A stretch of DNA of 64,000 nt from Dehalococcoides sp. JdFR-54 (GTDB lineage: Bacteria > Chloroflexota > Dehalococcoidia > JdFR-54), in NCBI GenBank assembly GCA_002011475.1, contig MTNP01000005.1:15336-79335 (forward strand). The letters are read 5' to 3'. How positions within the stretch are numbered: position 1 is the first letter of the stretch; the number at the start of each line of letters is the position of its first letter. A program made the translations under genes and the position numbers. This document shows positions 21,241-31,394 of the stretch, in pieces. Under the pieces are notes generated by a model. The model had not been told where the DNA came from, made no database searches, and saw only the letters and a program-made list of their open reading frames with translations.

Positions 21241-23781
21241 ATGGCCAAGATGACCCCAATCAGGAGCCAATACCTCAGGATCAAAAAGGCCTACCCTGGG
21301 GCCATTGTCCTGTTCCGGCTGGGCGATTTCTACGAGACCTTCGACGAGGATGCCAAGTTGGCGGCCCGGGAGCTGGAGATAACCCTGACCTCCCGAGAGA
21401 TGGGCAAGGGCTTGCGGGTGCCCCTGGCCGGCATCCCCTATCACGCCCTGGATGGCTACCTGGCCAAGCTGGTGAGCAAGGGCTACAAGGTGGCCATCTG
21501 CGAGCAGATGACGCCCGCCTCGGGGAGGGGGCTGGTGGCTCGGGAGGTGGTCAGGGTGGTCACCCCAGGGACAGTGGTGGAGACCGCCCTGCTCCAGGGC
21601 AAGGCCAACAACTATCTGGCGGCAGTGGTGGCCGAGGCCGATGAGGCGGGGCTTGCCTATGTGGACATCACCACCAGCGAGTTCGCCACCACCCAGCTTC
21701 CCTCCTCCAGCCTGGCCTTGGAGCTGGGCCGCCTCCAGCCCGCCGAGGTCATCGTCCCCGAGGGTTTCGATAGCCCGGATCTGCTGCCCTTCGCCCTGAC
21801 CCGTCTGGAGGGACGCTGGTTCGATGTGGAGACCGCTCGCCAGCGCCTCCTAGACCATTTCCAGGCGGCTACCCTGGAGGGCTACGGCTGCGCCCATCTG
21901 CCTCTGGCCATCAGGGCCGCCGGGGCCATCCTGCATTACCTAGAAGGAACCCAGAAGCCGGCCCTGGGGCAGTTGGGTCGTCTCACCACCTACACCACCC
22001 AGTCCTTCATGGTTTTAGATGCCCACACCCGAAACAACCTGGAGCTCTTTCAGGGCAGTCGCTGGGGAACCGCTACTGGTTCCCTGCTCTCCGTCATCGA
22101 CCTCACCCGCACCGCCATGGGGGGACGCCTCCTCAGGAGATGGCTGGGGCAACCCCTCCTGAACCTGGAGGAGCTGGTCCAGAGACAGGATGCCATCCAC
22201 TGGTTCTATGCCCACGCCATGCCCCGGGCCCGGGTGATGAGCCTGCTGGGCCAGGTGGCTGACCTGGAGCGCCTTATCAACCGGGTAAGGGGCAATATCG
22301 CCAGCCCCAGGGAACTCATCAGCCTCTGCCGCGGCCTGGAGCTCATCCCGGAGATAATGAAAAACCTGGATTCAGCCCCCGAGGAGCTCAAGCCCTGTCC
22401 TGAGACGGTGGAGCTTATTCATCGGGCCATCGCCGAGGCGCCCGGGGCCAGCCCCGGGGAGGGCACGGTGATAAAGGCCGGCTTTTCAGCGGAGCTGGAC
22501 GAGCTTCGGGAGCTGGCCCGCAATGCCAAGGCATACCTGGCCAATCTGGAGCGGCAGGAGCGGGAGCGCACCGGCATCAAGTCCCTCAAGGTGGGCTATA
22601 ACAAGGTCTTCGGCTACTATATCGAGGTATCCAGGCCCAACCTGCCCCAGGTGCCCGCCGACTACATCCGCAAGCAGACCCTCACCGAGGCGGAGCGCTT
22701 CTTCACCCCCCAGCTCAAGGAGTACGAATCCGCCATCCTCAATGCCCAGGAGAGGATCAACGAGCTGGAGACAAATCTTTTCCGTCAGGTGTGCCAGCAG
22801 GTAGCCTCTCAGGGCGAGCGCATTCTGGCCTCGGCCCGGGCCCTGGCCTGGCTGGATGTGGTGGCCTCCCTGGCCGAGGTGGCGGTGCGCTACGGCTACA
22901 CCAGGCCCAGGCTCACCCACGGAGACGAAATAATTATCAGGGGCGGCCGTCATCCGGTGGTGGAGCGTTTTTTGGGAGAGGGCGAGTTTATCCCCAACGA
23001 TACCTATCTCTCAAATAAGGATGCCCAGCTCATCATCCTCACCGGCCCCAACATGTCGGGGAAATCCACCTATATCAGGCAGGTGGCCCTTATCGTGCTC
23101 CTGGCCCAGATAGGCAGCTTTGTCCCCGCCCAAGAGGCCACCATCGGCCTGGTGGACCGCATCTTCACCCGGGTGGGGCTCCGGGACGATATCCCCGCCG
23201 GCCAGTCCACCTTCATGGTGGAGATGGTGGAGACGGCCCACATCCTCAACAATGCCACCCCCCGCTCCCTGGTCATCCTGGACGAGATCGGCCGGGGCAC
23301 CAGCACCTATGATGGCATCTCCATCGCCCAAGCAGTGGCCGAGTATATTCATAACCATCCTCATCTGGGCACCAAGACCCTGTTCGCCACCCATTATCAC
23401 GAGCTGACGGGACTGGCGGCTATGCTGCCCCGGGTGAAGAACTTCAATGTGGCGGTGGCTGAGGAGGGGGGCAAGGTGGTCTTCCTGCACAAGATCATCC
23501 CCGGCGGCTCCGACCGAAGCTACGGCATCCATGTGGCCCAGCTGGCGGGGCTGCCCCGCTCGGTGGTCTACCGGGCTCAAGAGGTGCTCTCCCAGCTGGA
23601 GGCTGACCGCCAGCACAAACCCAGCCCCAAGCCACCCCCCGCCCTTCAGTTGCCCCTCCTGGGGCCTGGCTCCCCCATCCTGGAGGAGCTCCAGAGGCTG
23701 GACATCGATTCTATGACACCCCTGGAGGCCATTACCAAGCTCTACGAGCTACAGCGGAAAGCCAGGGAAAGCCAGGCTTAA
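21241..23781 (+). CDS. mutS: DNA mismatch repair protein MutS
   Basis: TPIRSQYLRIKKAYPGAIVLFRLGDFYETF, Walker A GPNMSGKST, and 846 aa. Confidence 0.9.
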   Translation: MAKMTPIRSQYLRIKKAYPGAIVLFRLGDFYETFDEDAKLAARELEITLTSREMGKGLRVPLAGIPYHALDGYLAKLVSKGYKVAICEQMTPASGRGLVAREVVRVVTPGTVVETALLQGKANNYLAAVVAEADEAGLAYVDITTSEFATTQLPSSSLALELGRLQPAEVIVPEGFDSPDLLPFALTRLEGRWFDVETARQRLLDHFQAATLEGYGCAHLPLAIRAAGAILHYLEGTQKPALGQLGRLTTYTTQSFMVLDAHTRNNLELFQGSRWGTATGSLLSVIDLTRTAMGGRLLRRWLGQPLLNLEELVQRQDAIHWFYAHAMPRARVMSLLGQVADLERLINRVRGNIASPRELISLCRGLELIPEIMKNLDSAPEELKPCPETVELIHRAIAEAPGASPGEGTVIKAGFSAELDELRELARNAKAYLANLERQERERTGIKSLKVGYNKVFGYYIEVSRPNLPQVPADYIRKQTLTEAERFFTPQLKEYESAILNAQERINELETNLFRQVCQQVASQGERILASARALAWLDVVASLAEVAVRYGYTRPRLTHGDEIIIRGGRHPVVERFLGEGEFIPNDTYLSNKDAQLIILTGPNMSGKSTYIRQVALIVLLAQIGSFVPAQEATIGLVDRIFTRVGLRDDIPAGQSTFMVEMVETAHILNNATPRSLVILDEIGRGTSTYDGISIAQAVAEYIHNHPHLGTKTLFATHYHELTGLAAMLPRVKNFNVAVAEEGGKVVFLHKIIPGGSDRSYGIHVAQLAGLPRSVVYRAQEVLSQLEADRQHKPSPKPPPALQLPLLGPGSPILEELQRLDIDSMTPLEAITKLYELQRKARESQA

Positions 23782-23845
23782 CAGCTGCTGCCCTGGGGGA
23801 CCGTAGGCAGTAGGGTTTGAGATCATAGCATTGATATGAAGGGCA

Positions 23846-23878
23846 AACCATGCCTGGGGGGCCAGCCCGCGTTGCGGG
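23846..23878. terminator. perfect 15-bp stem / 3-nt loop hairpin between convergent mutS and sucD
   Basis: GGGGGGCCAGCCCGC-GTT-GCGGGCTGGCCCCCC. There is no clear U-tract on either side. Confidence 0.5.
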
Positions 23879-23911
23879 CTGGCCCCCCCAAACATCGTCT
23901 CCTTATGTCGC

Positions 23912-24796
23912 TTAGCCCCTCCCCTTCAGCACCTCCCTGAGGGTAAGGCCGATCTCGGCGGGGCTGGGGGCGATGGTTGCCCCTGCCGCCTGGAGGGCCT
24001 CGAGCTTGGCCTTGGCAGTGCCCGAGGCGCCGCTGATAATAGCGCCAGCGTGACCCATCCGGCGACCGGGCGGGGCGGTAGCTCCCACCACGAAGGCCAC
24101 CACCGGCTTGGTCATCTCGTTCTTGATAACCTCGGCGGCCTCCTGCTCCATGCTGCCCCCGATCTCCCCAATGAGCACTACTGCCTCGGTGTCAGGGTCT
24201 TTCTCGAAGAGGCGGAGCACCGGGATGAAGTCGGTGCCGGGGGTGGGGTCGCCCCCGATGCCGATGCAGGTGGATTGCCCCAGTCCCAGCTCAGTAAGCT
24301 GGGCCACTGCTTCATAGGTGAGGGTACCACTGCGGGAGACCACGCCGATGCTGCCCGGGTGGTGGATATCCCCAGGCATGATGCCTATCTTGCACCGGGC
24401 CGGTGGCGAGATGATGCCAGGGCAGTTGGGCCCGATGAGCCGGGTGCTTTTCCCCTCTAAATAGCGCAGCACTGCCACCATATCCAGGGTGGGGATGCCC
24501 TCGGTGATGCACACCGCCAAGGCCAGGCCGGCATCGGCGGCCTCCAGGATGGCATCGGCGGCGAAGGCGGGGGGCACAAAGATGAGGCTGGCGTTGGCGC
24601 CGGTCTCCTTTACCGCCTCCTCCACCCGATTGAATACGGGGATGGTGTCGTCGAACATGGTTCCGCCCTTGCCTGGGGTGACCCCGGCCACCACCTGGGT
24701 GCCGTATTGAATACAGCGTCGGGTATGGAAGCTGCCCTCGTTGCCAGTGATCCCCTGGACTACGAGCCTGGTATTCTCATCAGCGATGATGCTCAC
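23912..24796 (-). CDS. sucD: succinyl-CoA synthetase alpha subunit
   Basis: GTG start gives [18 protein letters not shown] with RBS AGAGGAG. The ORF-track N-terminal extension overlaps sucC and is rejected. Confidence 0.9.
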   Translation of the reverse strand: MSIIADENTRLVVQGITGNEGSFHTRRCIQYGTQVVAGVTPGKGGTMFDDTIPVFNRVEEAVKETGANASLIFVPPAFAADAILEAADAGLALAVCITEGIPTLDMVAVLRYLEGKSTRLIGPNCPGIISPPARCKIGIMPGDIHHPGSIGVVSRSGTLTYEAVAQLTELGLGQSTCIGIGGDPTPGTDFIPVLRLFEKDPDTEAVVLIGEIGGSMEQEAAEVIKNEMTKPVVAFVVGATAPPGRRMGHAGAIISGASGTAKAKLEALQAAGATIAPSPAEIGLTLREVLKGRG

Positions 24797-24810
24797 CGTT
24801 GAGCTCCTCT

Positions 24811-25968
24811 TCAGATTCTGGCGGCGGCCACCTTTTGAGCGGCGTCCCTGAGGTCTGAGGCCAGAATGATGTTCATCCCCGACTCGGCCAGGATCTGCCT
24901 CCCCTCGTCCACGTTGGTGCCGCGCATCCTGACCACCATAGGCACCTTGACTTGGGTCTCCATGGCGGCGGCCACGATGCCCCGGGCGGCCACATCGCAC
25001 CTGAGGATGCCCCCGAAGATGTTGATGAGCACCCGCTTCACCTTCGGGTCGTTGAGGATTATCTTGAGCGCGGCGGCCACCTGCTGCTCGTTGGCACCGC
25101 CCCCCACGTCCAGGAAGTTGGCCGGCTCAGCCCCATAGAGCTTCACGATATCCATGGTGGCCATGGCCAGGCCGGCGCCATTGACCATGCAGCCCACATC
25201 GCCATCGAGCTTGATATAGCTCACATTCTGATTGCTGGCCTCCACCTCCAGGGGCTCCTCCTGCTCGGTATCCCGCAGCTCCCTGATCTCAGGGTGGCGG
25301 AAAAGGCCGCTATCGTCGAAATTGAGCTTGGCATCCAGGGCCAGGAGGCGACCATCGACGGTGATGACCAGGGGGTTTATCTCGGCCAGGGAGCAGTCCT
25401 TGGCCATAAAGAGCTTGTAGAGGTTGGCCATAAGCTGGGTGGCGGGGCGGACGAGCTCGCCGGGCAGGTTCATGCCGTAGGCCAGGCGGCGGGCCATAAA
25501 GGGCTGAAAGCCGATGACAGGGTCGATGTAAGACCTGACGATCCTCTCCGGGGATATCCGGGCCACCTCTTCGATGTCCACGCCCCCTGCCTCGCTGGCC
25601 ATCATCACCGGCATCCGCCGGCAGCCATCCACCAGAATGCTCAAGTATAGCTCCTTATGGATATCCAAGGCCTCCTCCACCAGGAGCTTGCTCAGGGGCA
25701 CCCCCTCGGGCCCCGTCTGGTGGGTGACCAGCCTCGTGCCCAGCATCTGGCCCGCCAGGTTTTCCGCCTCCTCTGGCGAGTTGGCTACCCTGATACCCCC
25801 CGCCTTGCCCCGGCCTCCGGCATATACTTGAGCCTTGAGCACCACCTTGCCCCCCAGCTCCTGGGCGCGGGCCCTGGCCTGGGCGGGTGCGGTGGCCAGC
25901 CCACCCCGGGGAACCGGGATGCCGAACTCAGCCATCAGGGCCTTTGCCTGATATTCATGGATCTTCAT
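24811..25968 (-). CDS. sucC: succinyl-CoA synthetase beta subunit (ATP-grasp)
   Basis: [22 protein letters not shown] is the classic SucC N-terminus. Confidence 0.9.
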   Translation of the reverse strand: MKIHEYQAKALMAEFGIPVPRGGLATAPAQARARAQELGGKVVLKAQVYAGGRGKAGGIRVANSPEEAENLAGQMLGTRLVTHQTGPEGVPLSKLLVEEALDIHKELYLSILVDGCRRMPVMMASEAGGVDIEEVARISPERIVRSYIDPVIGFQPFMARRLAYGMNLPGELVRPATQLMANLYKLFMAKDCSLAEINPLVITVDGRLLALDAKLNFDDSGLFRHPEIRELRDTEQEEPLEVEASNQNVSYIKLDGDVGCMVNGAGLAMATMDIVKLYGAEPANFLDVGGGANEQQVAAALKIILNDPKVKRVLINIFGGILRCDVAARGIVAAAMETQVKVPMVVRMRGTNVDEGRQILAESGMNIILASDLRDAAQKVAAARI

Positions 25969-26031
25969 AAAGCCACTCCCCTCCGAGACATCAATTGACC
26001 AGGCCTCATGGTGGCGGAGGGGGTGGGATTC

Positions 26032-26122
26032 GAACCCACGGCCCCGAGAATCGAGGCAGCGGTTTTCAAGACCGCCTCCTTAAACCGCTCGGACACCCCT
26101 CCTATGCAGGATAGTATACCTG
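26032..26122 (-). tRNA. tRNA-Ser (anticodon UGA), 91 nt with long variable arm
   Basis: The minus strand reads GGAGGGGTGTCCGAGCGGTTTAAGGAGGCGGTCTTGAAAACCGC...GTGGGTTCGAATCCCACCCCCTCCGCCA. It has a 7-bp acceptor stem, anticodon loop CUUGAAA, GTTCGAATC T-loop and encoded CCA. It resembles E. coli tRNA-Ser(UGA). Confidence 0.85.
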
Positions 26123-26132
26123 TGGGGATATT

Positions 26133-26161
26133 TCGCGTCAATTTGCCCCTCTGACCGGGGC
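26133..26161 (-). promoter_or_regulatory. sigma70-like promoter for tRNA-Ser
   Basis: On the minus strand: TTGACG, 17-bp spacer, TATACT, then 9 nt to the tRNA 5' end. Confidence 0.55.
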
Positions 26162-26200
26162 GTCTCTGGCCATCGTCCCTCCACTGCTGGTGTCCCATTT

Positions 26201-27208
26201 TCAGCAGATCCTGGGCAATAACTCGCCCACCAACATATCCAGGAGGCGGCTGGCCCCCAAGAGGGTTTTCATCACCACCCGCCCTGGATGCTGGGCAGTG
26301 ACCTCCCCGATGATGGCGGCCTGGGCACCATATCTATTGCCCTTCATTGCCGCCAGCACCCTTTCCGCATCCTCGGGGGCCACTACGGCCACCAGCTTGC
26401 CCTCGTTGGCCACATAGAGGGGGTCGAATCCCAGAAGCTCGCAGGCCGCCTGCACCGCCTCCCGCACCGGCACCCTGGCCTCCTCGATGCGGATGCCCAC
26501 CCCCGACTGTTGGGCCAGCTCGTTGAGGCTGCTCACCAGCCCGCCTCGGGTGGGGTCGCGCAGGCAATGGATATTGGGGGAGGCCCCGAGCATCTCGGCC
26601 ACCAGGTGGTTAAGGGGGGCGCAGTCGCTGTCCACCGGCACCGAGAACTCTAGGCCCTGGCGCCGGCTCATAACGGCGACACCGTGGTCGCCCACCGGGC
26701 CGCTGAGGATGACCTTGTCCCCGGGGCGAGCGTTGGCGCCCGATATATCAACCCCATGGGGTACCAGTCCTATGCCCGAGGTATTAATGAATATGCCATC
26801 GGCGCCGCCCCGGTTCACCACCTTGGTATCGCCGGCCACCACCTTGACCCCGGCCTCGGCTGCCGCCTCCCGGATGGAGGCCACTATCTGTTTCAGGCCC
26901 CCCAGGGCGAAGCCCTCCTCGATGACAAAGGACAGGGTGAGGTATAAAGGCCGGGCGCCGCTCATGGCCAGGTCGTTGACGGTGCCGCACACGGCCAGCT
27001 TGCCGATATCGCCGCCGGGAAAGAAGATGGGGCTCACCACATAGCTATCAGTGGTGAAGGCGAGGCGGCCGCTGAGGTCGAAGACGGCGCAGTCGTCCAG
27101 CCTATCCAGCAGGGGATTGCTGAGGAGGGGGACCAGGGTCTGCTGCACCAGGTCGTGGCTGAGCTTGCCGCCGCTGCCGTGGGCCAGCAGTATGGTATCC
27201 TCATTCAT
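26201..27208 (-). CDS. hypE: hydrogenase maturation protein HypE (AIR synthase-like)
   Basis: MNEDTILLAHGSGGKLSHDLV, ending in the C-terminal ...PRIC cysteine. It has PurM-like domains. Confidence 0.85.
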   Translation of the reverse strand: MNEDTILLAHGSGGKLSHDLVQQTLVPLLSNPLLDRLDDCAVFDLSGRLAFTTDSYVVSPIFFPGGDIGKLAVCGTVNDLAMSGARPLYLTLSFVIEEGFALGGLKQIVASIREAAAEAGVKVVAGDTKVVNRGGADGIFINTSGIGLVPHGVDISGANARPGDKVILSGPVGDHGVAVMSRRQGLEFSVPVDSDCAPLNHLVAEMLGASPNIHCLRDPTRGGLVSSLNELAQQSGVGIRIEEARVPVREAVQAACELLGFDPLYVANEGKLVAVVAPEDAERVLAAMKGNRYGAQAAIIGEVTAQHPGRVVMKTLLGASRLLDMLVGELLPRIC

Positions 27209-28292
27209 GGTCAGCTCCATATTGGTAGTAGGCGGCACAGCTCCCCTCCGAGGAGACCATGCACGGGCCTACCGGATGCTCCGGGGTGCACACCCTGCGG
27301 AACAGCTTGCAGTCCAGGGGGGTTTTGACGGCCCGGAGGATGTCTCCGCAGAGGCAGCCAGCCGGCTCCAGGGTGGGGCCGGGGTCTATTTGGAATTGGG
27401 CCTCGGCGTCGAAGCTGCGGTACTTCTCCCTCAGCTTCAGCCCGCTCTGGGGCACGGTGCCGATGCCTCGCCAGGTGGCTTGGCTCTCCTCAAAGACAGT
27501 GGCCATGAGCCTCAGAGCCTGGGGATTCCCCTCGGGCTTGACGCCCCGTCTATAGGCTATCTCCACTTTGGGCTCCCCCCTCTCCACTTGGGCCACCAGC
27601 ATCTCCACGCTGAGCAGGATATCCAGAGGCTCAAACCCCGAGACCACGCAGCCAATGCCGTAGCCAGTGGGGATAAATCCCCAGGGGCGGGAGCCGATGA
27701 CGGCGCTGACATGGCCGGGGCAGATGAGGCCATCCAGCCTCACCTCTCCGGAGTCGAGCAGGGCCTTGATCACCGGGGGGCACAGCTTGTGCAGGGGGAG
27801 GACGAAGTAGTTGTGGATGGCCTCCGCCTCCGCCTGGAGCACCGAGGCGGCCACAGTGGGGGCGGTGGTCTCGAAGCCGATGCCCAAGAACACCACCCGC
27901 TTATCGGGGTTGTCCCGGGCCATGGCCAGGGCATCCCGGGTGGAGTAGACCACCCTTATATCGCCGCCCTCAGCCTTGGCCTGCTGAAGGCTGGAGCGGC
28001 TGCCCGGGACTTTAAGCATATCGCCGAAGGTGGCTAGGATCACGCCCGGCTCCTTGGCCAGGGCGATGGCCTTGTCCAGCTCGGCGTTGGCGGTGACGCA
28101 CACGGGGCACCCCGGCCCGGAGAGCATCTCCACGGTGGGGGGGAGGAGCTGGCGAATACCATGCTTGAAAATGGTAACAGTATGCCCCCCGCAGAACTCC
28201 ATGATCCGGGCGGGCCTGGTGGAGAGCTTATGTATCCGATCCACCAAGCGCTTGCCCAGTTCCGGGTCACGATATTCGTCTACATACCTCAT
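27201..28292 (-). CDS. hypD: hydrogenase maturation protein HypD
   Basis: Motifs CGGH, GPGCPVC and C-terminal CxxH/CPVC-type cysteines, and 363 aa. Confidence 0.9.
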   Translation of the reverse strand: MRYVDEYRDPELGKRLVDRIHKLSTRPARIMEFCGGHTVTIFKHGIRQLLPPTVEMLSGPGCPVCVTANAELDKAIALAKEPGVILATFGDMLKVPGSRSSLQQAKAEGGDIRVVYSTRDALAMARDNPDKRVVFLGIGFETTAPTVAASVLQAEAEAIHNYFVLPLHKLCPPVIKALLDSGEVRLDGLICPGHVSAVIGSRPWGFIPTGYGIGCVVSGFEPLDILLSVEMLVAQVERGEPKVEIAYRRGVKPEGNPQALRLMATVFEESQATWRGIGTVPQSGLKLREKYRSFDAEAQFQIDPGPTLEPAGCLCGDILRAVKTPLDCKLFRRVCTPEHPVGPCMVSSEGSCAAYYQYGADHE

Positions 28293-28326
28293 TTTTTGAC
28301 CTCTTTCGGCCTGGGCCCTTCGTCTT

Positions 28327-28548
28327 TCAAGCCGACTCCTCGGCCAGCTCGCGCAAGAGCTTCAGGGTCTCCTCAGCCTCCCCGGCGTCGATGACATTTA
28401 TGGAATAGCCGGTGTGGAGGAGCACGTAATCGCCCACCTTCACTTCCGGGGTGAGGGCGATGCTGATGCGGCGGCCCACCCCACCCACCTCAACCTCCGC
28501 CTCCTGTCCTGTGACGGATTTGACCAGGGCTGGTATGGCCAGACACAT
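28327..28548 (-). CDS. hypC: hydrogenase maturation protein HypC
   Basis: MCLAIPA N-terminus with the essential Cys2, and 73 aa. Confidence 0.8.
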   Translation of the reverse strand: MCLAIPALVKSVTGQEAEVEVGGVGRRISIALTPEVKVGDYVLLHTGYSINVIDAGEAEETLKLLRELAEESA

Positions 28549-28550
28549 AG

Positions 28551-30854
28551 CTAATTCCTCTTCTTATTATCTAGAATGGCATTGGCGATCACCGCCTGAC
28601 CCAGGGAGATGCCACCGTCGTTGGTAGGCACGAGATTGTGGCTCAGGACTTGGAAGCCCGCCCCCTCCAACGCAACATGGGTCAACCTGAATAGCAGCCG
28701 ATTTTGGAAGACCCCGCCGCTCAGGGCCACCACTTTGAGGCCCGTCTTCTCAGAGATAAGCTGGCACATGCGCAGCACCATTCGGGTCACCGTATTGTGG
28801 AACCTGGCGGCGATGATCGGGTTGGGCGTGCCCCTCTTCATATCGGAGATGATGGCCACAAACAGCTCCCCAAGCTTGATGACGTATTTGCCTTCTTCCT
28901 CGGCAATGGAAAAGGGGTATTCCTCGGCCACGCCCGGGGCCGAAAGCATCTCCAGCTCGATGGCAGCCTGGGCCTCATAGTCGATCTCGCCCCTGAGGCC
29001 GATGAGCGCCGAGACCCCATCGAAGAGCCGCCCCAGGCTGGAGGTAAGGGGCGAGTTGAATTTCTTTTCCACCTGGCCCCGGACAATCCTTATTTCCTCA
29101 GCGGAAATCTCTTTGAGGAAAGCCAGCCCTGGGTCGAAAAGCCCCAGCTCCAACAAATAGCTCAAGGCCATACGATAGGGGCGCTTGATGGCAGCGGCGC
29201 CGCCGGGGAGGGGCATGTTTTCCAGGTGGCCCCAACGCTGAAATCGCCCATAGTCCGCCACCAAGAACTCGCCGCCCCAGATGAGGCCATCGGTGCCATA
29301 ACCCACCCCATCTAACGACACCCCGATAACGGGCTCCGAGACCCCGTTTTCCACCATACAGCTCACGATGTGGGCGTGGTGGTGCTGCACCGGGACGAAT
29401 GCCAGGTTGTTGGGCTGGGCCTGTAGTTCCTTGGTGTACTTGGTGGAGAGGTATTCGGGGTGCATATCGTAGGCCACAGCCTCGGGCTGGATACGGAACA
29501 GCTTCTTATATAGCTCGATAGTGGTCTCGAAGTGCTCCAGGGTCTCCAGGTTTTCCAGGTCGCCGATGTGCTGGCTGAGGAAGGCATGGCCCTCCCTGGT
29601 AAGGCAAAAGGTGTTCTTGAGCTCGGCGCCGCAGGCCAGGATCTGCCTTACGGGGAAGGGAAGGTGGATGGGGTAGGGGGCATAGCCCCGGGCCCGGCGC
29701 AGCACCCGAGTCCTGCCCAGTTCTACCATGGTCACGCTGTCGTCGTAGCGGGCGTAGATGTCCCGGTCGTGCATCAGGAAATAATCCGCCAGATTGCCGA
29801 GGCGGCGCAGGGCCTCGTCGTTGTCCTTGGCGATGGGCTCCTCGCTCAAATTTCCGCTGGTCATCACCAGGGGCAGACCTGTCTCCCGGAGGAGGAGGTG
29901 GTGCAAAGGGGTATAGGGCAGCATCACCCCCAGGTATCTCAGATTGGGGGCCACCTCCGGGGTCACTGGGGAGCCCGCCTTCCAGGGCAGCAACACGATG
30001 GGGCTCTCCGGGGAGAGGAGCAGCCTCTCCTCCTCGGCGGATACCTGACAATGCTTCCTGGCCTCCTCCAAGCTGGCCACCATGATGGCCAGGGGCTTGA
30101 AGGGGCGCCTCTTGCGCTGCCTCAGAAGTCTCACCGCTTCCTGGCTGGTAGCATCACAGGCGAGGAGGAATCCCCCCAGGCCCTTGACGGCCACGATTTT
30201 GCCCCCTTGGAGCAATTGGCTGGCCGTGGTGAGGACATCTTCGGCGGGTATGGGGTTGCCTCTATTATCCGTTAGCTCCAACCGGGGCCCGCACCGGGGA
30301 CAGGCGTTGGGCTGGGCATGGAAGCGGCGATCCAGGGGGTCGTCGTATTCCCGCTGACAGTGGGGACACATTCGGAAGCGCCGCATGGTGGTCAGGGGCC
30401 GGTCATAGGGGATGTCCTCGATGATGGTGAAGCGGGGGCCGCAATTGGTGCAATTGGTAAAGGGATAGCGATAGCGCCGGTTCTGGGGGTCGAAGACCTC
30501 CTTTTGGCACGGCTGACAGGTAGCGATATCGGGGGAGACGAGCTGATATTTGTCGGCCTCAGCGATGCTCTCCCGGATATGGAAGTCGGCGTAGCCCACG
30601 GGTGGCAGCCGGGTGGTGGCGATGCTCTCGATGCGGGCCAGGGGCGGGGCCTGGCTTTCCAGTTCAGCCAGGAAGCGCTCCAGGGCCTGGCCCTCTCCCT
30701 CCACCTCGATCTTGACATCCCCTGAAGTGTTGCACACCCAGCCCTTGAGGCCATGCTTGGCAGCCAGCTGATATACGAAGGGCCGGAAGCCCACCCCTTG
30801 AACTACGCCCCGGACACTGATGCCGAGGAGCTCCACGGTTTTGGTCTTGGCCAT
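28551..30854 (-). CDS. hypF: carbamoyltransferase HypF
   Basis: N-terminal acylphosphatase domain (VRGVVQGVGFRPFV), two Zn-finger CxxC pairs, then YrdC-like and Kae1-like domains. 767 aa. Confidence 0.9.
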   Translation of the reverse strand: MAKTKTVELLGISVRGVVQGVGFRPFVYQLAAKHGLKGWVCNTSGDVKIEVEGEGQALERFLAELESQAPPLARIESIATTRLPPVGYADFHIRESIAEADKYQLVSPDIATCQPCQKEVFDPQNRRYRYPFTNCTNCGPRFTIIEDIPYDRPLTTMRRFRMCPHCQREYDDPLDRRFHAQPNACPRCGPRLELTDNRGNPIPAEDVLTTASQLLQGGKIVAVKGLGGFLLACDATSQEAVRLLRQRKRRPFKPLAIMVASLEEARKHCQVSAEEERLLLSPESPIVLLPWKAGSPVTPEVAPNLRYLGVMLPYTPLHHLLLRETGLPLVMTSGNLSEEPIAKDNDEALRRLGNLADYFLMHDRDIYARYDDSVTMVELGRTRVLRRARGYAPYPIHLPFPVRQILACGAELKNTFCLTREGHAFLSQHIGDLENLETLEHFETTIELYKKLFRIQPEAVAYDMHPEYLSTKYTKELQAQPNNLAFVPVQHHHAHIVSCMVENGVSEPVIGVSLDGVGYGTDGLIWGGEFLVADYGRFQRWGHLENMPLPGGAAAIKRPYRMALSYLLELGLFDPGLAFLKEISAEEIRIVRGQVEKKFNSPLTSSLGRLFDGVSALIGLRGEIDYEAQAAIELEMLSAPGVAEEYPFSIAEEEGKYVIKLGELFVAIISDMKRGTPNPIIAARFHNTVTRMVLRMCQLISEKTGLKVVALSGGVFQNRLLFRLTHVALEGAGFQVLSHNLVPTNDGGISLGQAVIANAILDNKKRN

Positions 30855-30867
30855 AGCTGTGGGCGGT

Positions 30868-31209
30868 CTATTCTACCTCGATGCTCTCCAAATAGCACTC
30901 TCCGCCGCAGAGGAGCTCGCCACGCATGCTGTGGCATTGGGGACAGACCCAGGTGGGGTCCTGGGCCGAGGAGGTAGCACCGCAGTCGCGACAACGCATC
31001 TGGGTGCCGATGTGGCGGAAGGTGATGTCGGCCTCGGCGGCCAGGCTATCCTTACGGAGCATATCGAAGTAGAAGCGTATAGAGTCCTCGGTGTAGCCGG
31101 AGCCATCACCGAGAGCGATGTTCAGCCTGAGGACCTTGGAGGCGTTGGCGGCCCGGGCTTGCTCCAGGGCGGTCTTGAGCAGGCTTTCCGTTATGTGTAA
31201 CTCATGCAC
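30868..31209 (-). CDS. hypA: hydrogenase Ni-incorporation protein HypA
   Basis: MHELHITESLLK N-terminus (MHE Ni site) and C-terminal CxxC...CxxC Zn site. Confidence 0.85.
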   Translation of the reverse strand: MHELHITESLLKTALEQARAANASKVLRLNIALGDGSGYTEDSIRFYFDMLRKDSLAAEADITFRHIGTQMRCRDCGATSSAQDPTWVCPQCHSMRGELLCGGECYLESIEVE

Positions 31210-31288
31210 CCGATTAGCCTCCCGTCTTTCGGCAGGACCTGATTTTGTGTTGATTATAGACCATCCCCGCGCTTACTTCAAGAAAAGG

Positions 31289-31304
31289 TGTGACACATGT
31301 CACA
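31289..31304. promoter_or_regulatory. CRP/FNR-family consensus site TGTGA-N6-TCACA upstream of hypA
   Basis: tgtgaCACATGtcaca is an exact match to the CRP-type half-sites. Its centre is ~88 bp upstream of the hypA ATG. Confidence 0.45.
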
Positions 31305-31342
31305 TTCGGCCGCTGGCCGGATAAAAAATGGGGCGAGAATAG

Positions 31343-31394
31343 TTGTTTTTCTTTCACAAAATGGTTATAATTCCCGTTTGAACGATTTATAACC
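31343..31394 (+). promoter_or_regulatory. folD promoter (-35 TTGTTT, 17 bp, -10 TATAAT) overlapped by 8-N16-8 inverted repeat GGTTATAA-N16-TTATAACC
   Basis: The perfect inverted repeat covers the -10 hexamer and the predicted transcription start. The 16-bp spacing of half-sites matches NikR-type operator geometry. Confidence 0.45.

Noticed and set aside
23912-25000. N-terminal 68-aa extension of sucD in the ORF track ([10 protein letters not shown]...)
   Set aside because: The extension overlaps sucC out of frame and is Arg/Gly-rich. A GTG with RBS AGAGGAG gives the canonical [18 protein letters not shown] start.
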